Shown one piece after another: positions 61,101 through 64,000 of a stretch of 64,000 nt of DNA (positions are counted from its first letter, which is position 1; each line of letters begins with the position of its first letter). The position numbers and the translations under genes are program-made. The stretch is from contig CAWGLD010000001.1 in NCBI GenBank assembly GCA_963823335.1, positions 992,001-1,056,000 of the forward strand, read 5' to 3'. The DNA is from an uncultured delta proteobacterium. Its GTDB lineage: Bacteria; Desulfobacterota; Desulfobacteria; Desulfobacterales; B30-G6. The notes below the pieces were generated by a model, which did no database searches, had not been told where the DNA came from, and worked only from the letters and a program-made list of their open reading frames with translations.

Positions 61101-61495
61101 CCATCGTGCTGATCGATTATACCAATCGGCTGAATAAAAGGGGGATGCCCTTTAAGGAGGCAGTTATTGCCGCCGGATGTACACGACTAAGACCCGTATT
61201 GTTGACTGCAATAACCACGATCCTCGGTCTTTTGCCGATGGTTACGGGTGTGGCGTATAATTTTCATGACATGAAAATCTCGTGGATCAGTGCATCGACA
61301 CAATGGTGGAGTTCCATGGCGAGTGCAGTTATCTTTGGTCTGGCCCTTTCCACCGTGTTGACACTTGTGGTGGTTCCAACGCTTTATGCGCTGGTTCACA
61401 CAAGCAGTCTGGCCATGATTTCCGCAAATAAATGGATACAAAAAGCATATTGGAAACCCTTTTATCGAATAACGGGCTTGTCTGAAGAAGATTGA
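58169..61495 (+). CDS. RND efflux permease (AcrB/D/F family)
   Basis: PRESAPDI, GMLVDNAIV, GVVVNNAIVL, RLRPVLLT and two TM bundles. Confidence 0.95.
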   Translation: MIVSDLAVKKRTSVIVLALMILVFGPLSYFSMPRESAPDITIPFVFIMTNYAGVAPEDIESAITIPIEKKLKGLEGVKKIESSSTEGKSSIVIEFVAGTDIDDVLPKTKDKVDQAKADLPQDLEDDPEVMEINISELPIVIFSLSGECGLERLKEIAEDLEEEFESIPGVLEVDVTGGLEREIRVEPYPDKLAYFGLSILMLQDVIAQENQNVSGGAIRMGDGRFQLRVPGEFSTPEEIYGLIVGIHDGQPVYLRDVARVVDGFKDEEGRSRLNGQEAVNIQIKKRAGENILDITDKLSVIVDEKRRTWPTGTEITKLMDQAKDIRIMVSDLENNIITGLILVIFVLFFFLGARNAVLVSMAIPFSMFISFVVLSALGITLNMVVLFSLTLALGMLVDNAIVIVENIFRFMEQGVPRIQAAMKATSEVAQPVIASTLTTLAAFFPLIFWPGIMGEFMSYLPMTVIITLTSSLFVAMVINPALAAIFLKLPFGHPFERKRATAEDIEKAGEAPITIRGPLLKGYRRLLEGALNHRLAVLFLAFLAVVAMALIWTYRVGLEKSIEFFPNIEPNSIYINLDVSEGADIDFSDRISRQVEAAICNSAERSIVTAQVDPAECYYADTDKKNHTLRGGRQYTGLTDLINVKDIYSRTVAVIGGSSMFESTSPNHIGIQFHDLEERPESSFTTVEEIRKRIKDIPGAQITISVQEEGPPTGAPINIEIAGDNFAVLGRISQEVTKVLGKIPFVQDIQDDFVSGAPTVSVRVDRQKASLMGLSTEVIGFVLKVAFNGTKVSTYREGDEDFDITVQLSEKGRRSTDILRELLIPTNNGLIPLSTIASFEVTGGLGQINRVNHERVVTVKANVDEKHIPSPVVRAQAEKIMSNISLPPGYKIRFTGEQEEQEQAEAFLTKAFAAALFLIMLILVTQFNSIAQPLIILTSVILSLGGVFLGLAVMEYPFGIIMTGVGVISLAGVVVNNAIVLIDYTNRLNKRGMPFKEAVIAAGCTRLRPVLLTAITTILGLLPMVTGVAYNFHDMKISWISASTQWWSSMASAVIFGLALSTVLTLVVVPTLYALVHTSSLAMISANKWIQKAYWKPFYRITGLSEED

Positions 61496-61614
61496 TCTTT
61501 CCGGCCGCCACACAACAGGCGGACAAACGAGTAAACGGCTGGCAAATCGTTTATCAAAGAGCGACGCTGTCGCGTATTATAAAATCGTTCCTAAGATTTT
61601 ATCGGGGGGTATGT

Positions 61615-61998
61615 ATGGTCGAGAAACTGTCATTTCACACGGACAAGGCGGCAGAACTGGGGGGACCGTATTCACAAGCGATAATCTATAAGGACATGAT
61701 ATACCTCTCTGGACAGGGTGCGGTGGACCCTTCAACCAACCAATTGACATCCGGTACCATTGAACATGAAGCAAAACTGGCCTTGGAGAATATTCGGATC
61801 ATCATGGAATCAGCCGGGTCTTCACTCGATAAAATTCTGCAAGTTGGTGTTTATCTAACAGATATCCGGGATTATGCTCGCTTCAATGATGTGTACAGAA
61901 AATATTTTAATGACCCGATGCCAGCCAGAACATGCGTTGAAGTAAAAAAACTACCCTTTGGTCTTCGCATCGAGATCGATACGGTGGGCTATATCTGA
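61615..61998 (+). CDS. RidA/YjgF family protein
   Basis: GPYSQA, LSGQ, FNDVY..YF, PARTCV and IEID motifs. Confidence 0.92.
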   Translation: MVEKLSFHTDKAAELGGPYSQAIIYKDMIYLSGQGAVDPSTNQLTSGTIEHEAKLALENIRIIMESAGSSLDKILQVGVYLTDIRDYARFNDVYRKYFNDPMPARTCVEVKKLPFGLRIEIDTVGYI

Positions 61999-62291
61999 TC
62001 ACCATTCCCTATTGACTTGAAGTAAAGTTTTATTGTATTGATTAATCATAATGCGTGTAAGAAAACACTCATAAACACATTAAAAGATATTAAATTGTTA
62101 CGCATCCTCCTCTCAAGCTGGTTTTACCACCTCATCTATTTACCCGACATTTGATAGCGAAGATTGTGCCGGTTTTCTGGTTCTTATGAGTGTTCAAGTA
62201 CAAGCCGTTTCATAATTTGTATCTGTATCGTGGATAATGGGAGGCTTCTCCCTTAAAGTACCTGTTAACTCTAAAACAAAAGGAGGAAGAT

Positions 62292-62501
62292 ATGCCGGAC
62301 AGTGTATACAAAGTTATAGAACTTGTGGGCACCAGCGAAGTATCATGGGAAGAAGCTGCGAAAAATGCAGTTGAAACAGCGGCCAAAAGCCTCCGGGAAC
62401 TCAGGGTGGCGGAGGTCACCAAGCTCGACATGAAAGTTGAAAACTCCAAAGTTGTTGCTTTTCGAGCAAGAGTCACACTTTCTTTCAAGTACGGCACATA
62501 G
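62292..62501 (+). CDS. Dodecin family (flavin-binding) protein
   Basis: SVYKVIELVGTS..SWEEA and LSFKY motifs. AGGAGG RBS. Confidence 0.92.
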   Translation: MPDSVYKVIELVGTSEVSWEEAAKNAVETAAKSLRELRVAEVTKLDMKVENSKVVAFRARVTLSFKYGT

Positions 62502-62580
62502 TCTTCATTTTAAATAGACAGGTGCCTGTTCGAAAAGAGAAATAAAAAGCGTTTCCAGATGGAAATGCCATAGAAGTCCG

Positions 62581-62613
62581 AATAAATAAGCCGCTATGAG
62601 CGGCTTATTTATT
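62581..62613. terminator. Perfect 15-bp hairpin, probable terminator after dodecin
   Basis: AATAAATAAGCCGCT-ATG-AGCGGCTTATTTATT. Confidence 0.7.
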
Positions 62614-62783
62614 TGGCACAGACCAACAGTGAAAATATCAACAGCCTGGATTTGTAACGATTGTCATAAATTTTCATGCCCAAACGCGCACAACGAAGCA
62701 TGAAACATAAATTTATATTGAAATGCCATAGCTATCCTCTAAAAAATGGAGCATGAAAATTTATCAAATGAAGGAGGATAGCT

Positions 62784-63628
62784 ATGACACAGAAAAACAG
62801 CAGCAAAATTATTTCCGTTGTACACCCTATTTGTTGCGGGTTAGATGTCCACAAGGACATGGTTTCAGCCTGCATCATCATTACAGAGTCTGGTGGTGAA
62901 GAGACCTTTGTAATTCAAGAATTTTCAACCTTCACCGATGATCTTTTTAAACTCAAATCATGGTTGCACTATCGTCGCTATGGAAAGCACCAGTGTCTAC
63001 TGGAGGCCTGTGCATAACGTACTTGAAGATACGCTTCAGATCATTTTGGTCAATGCCAGGCATGTAAAAAATGTGCCTGGAAGAAAAACAGATATTTCAG
63101 ACAGCATGTGGCTGGCAAGTCTTCTACGTATCGGCGTTTTGAAAGCAAGTTTTATCCCTGAAAAGCACATTCGGCAACTAAGAGAACTGGTAACACTTCG
63201 TAAATCTTATATAAAGACGTTAGCCGACTACAAAAGACGAGTGCACAAATTGTTCGAAACTGCCAATATCAAGATAAGCTCCGTCGTATCCAACTTGTTT
63301 GGCAATACCGGACGCAATCTAATGAATAAGCTAATCGATACGGATATTGAAATAACAATTGGACATGTCGAAGAATGTGCCGAGGGAAGGCTCCTACTAT
63401 AAAGACAAGTATCATCGTCTTAAATCCAGGCGGGGGGCCAAAAGAGCCATTGTCGCCATAGCCCATCGAATCACCAAAGCAGTTTATCATATCATTAAAT
63501 ATGGAAAATCGTTTGTCGATCTTGGCGAAGCGTATCTTATGTCAAAGAGCAAAGAAAAACGAATAAAAGCGCTAAAATCAAGAGCCAAGTATCTTGGCTT
63601 TAACCTGGTGCCGTTAGAGGCGAAGTGA
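62784..63628 (+). pseudogene. IS110-family transposase in three fragments
   Basis: CGLDVHK, VAMEST.VYW, VKNVPGRKTD..D, SFIP and RRG.KRAIVAIAH motifs. Frameshift near 62960; internal deletion near 63380. Confidence 0.92.
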
Positions 63629-64000
63629 AACCGTATTTTAAGGTCGATACATAAGTGAAGCCCGTGAGCGCGACATAAATATGATCGGTCAGCCAGGTGA
63701 ACAACAAATTGTCGGCGAAGACCACGTAAATGAAACTACGAAGACACAAGGCTGACACTACGGTTTCATTATGGTTTATTTATTCACATTAGAAACTCCG
63801 CAAAGCCAATGATGCTGATTGGATCAAAAGAACCTCGACCTGGTACAAATGCGTTGCCAGTTGAGGCCTGTTTCTAATGAACATATATCAGTTAAATAAA
63901 GTGAGGTTTCCAATTTATACGGAGACAAATCGTAACCAGGTTTATTCCCCGGCAGTGAGTGGATGGCATATTGACATCACGTGCAACATACTATAATTCG

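Larger units (their letters stand above)
62571..63794 (+). mobile_element. Decayed IS110-family insertion sequence (boundaries inferred)
   Basis: Transposase remnants. TAGAA at both putative ends, each 4 nt from a 13-bp inverted repeat matching at 12 of 13 positions. Confidence 0.6.

Noticed and set aside
63971-63997. Consensus TTGACA...TATAAT promoter at the window end
   Set aside because: The spacer is only 15 nt and the downstream gene is outside the window, so it cannot be evaluated.
1-64000. rRNA, tRNA, CRISPR array, prophage or defence island
   Set aside because: No cloverleaf or rRNA signatures, regularly spaced repeats, or phage/cas/defence proteins recognised by eye. Small RNAs could have been missed.

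Overview
64 kb of mostly core chromosome from a dissimilatory sulfur-metabolising deltaproteobacterium. A Desulfobacterales-like assignment is inferred from DsrAB/DsrD, tetrahaem cytochrome c3 and gene content. Main blocks: (1) endonuclease Q-like, lytic transglycosylase, USP, eukaryote-type UGPase, ilvE; (2) a putative glycerophosphodiester/glycerol-3-phosphate cluster with two ABC importers, a frameshifted HAD-IIB hydrolase, GDPD and glpAB without glpC; (3) YkgJ-dapA-TPR-unknown kinase-like protein-dsrABD-dsrN-atypical PrmA paralogue-cytochrome c3; (4) tatBC, mltA, rmuC, Moco genes, an orphan radical SAM enzyme, prmA; (5) tolC-ftsEX-envC-ctpA-yibQ; (6) pyrE, queD, dnaJ, nadB, hsp20-lon-rlpA; (7) MFS, acetyltransferase, MmpH-like hydrolase, RND pump, RidA, dodecin; (8) a decayed IS110-family element whose putative ends and structured non-coding regions are still readable. 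No rRNA, tRNA or CRISPR array was seen. The most notable observations are the IS110 end architecture, with an internal 12-nt copy of its own left flank (candidate bridge-RNA guide), a candidate pseudokinase and a wHTH-PrmA paralogue flanking dsrABDN, and candidate RNA regulators upstream of pyrE, dapA and hsp20. All calls come from motif recognition by eye; no searches or folding computations were run.
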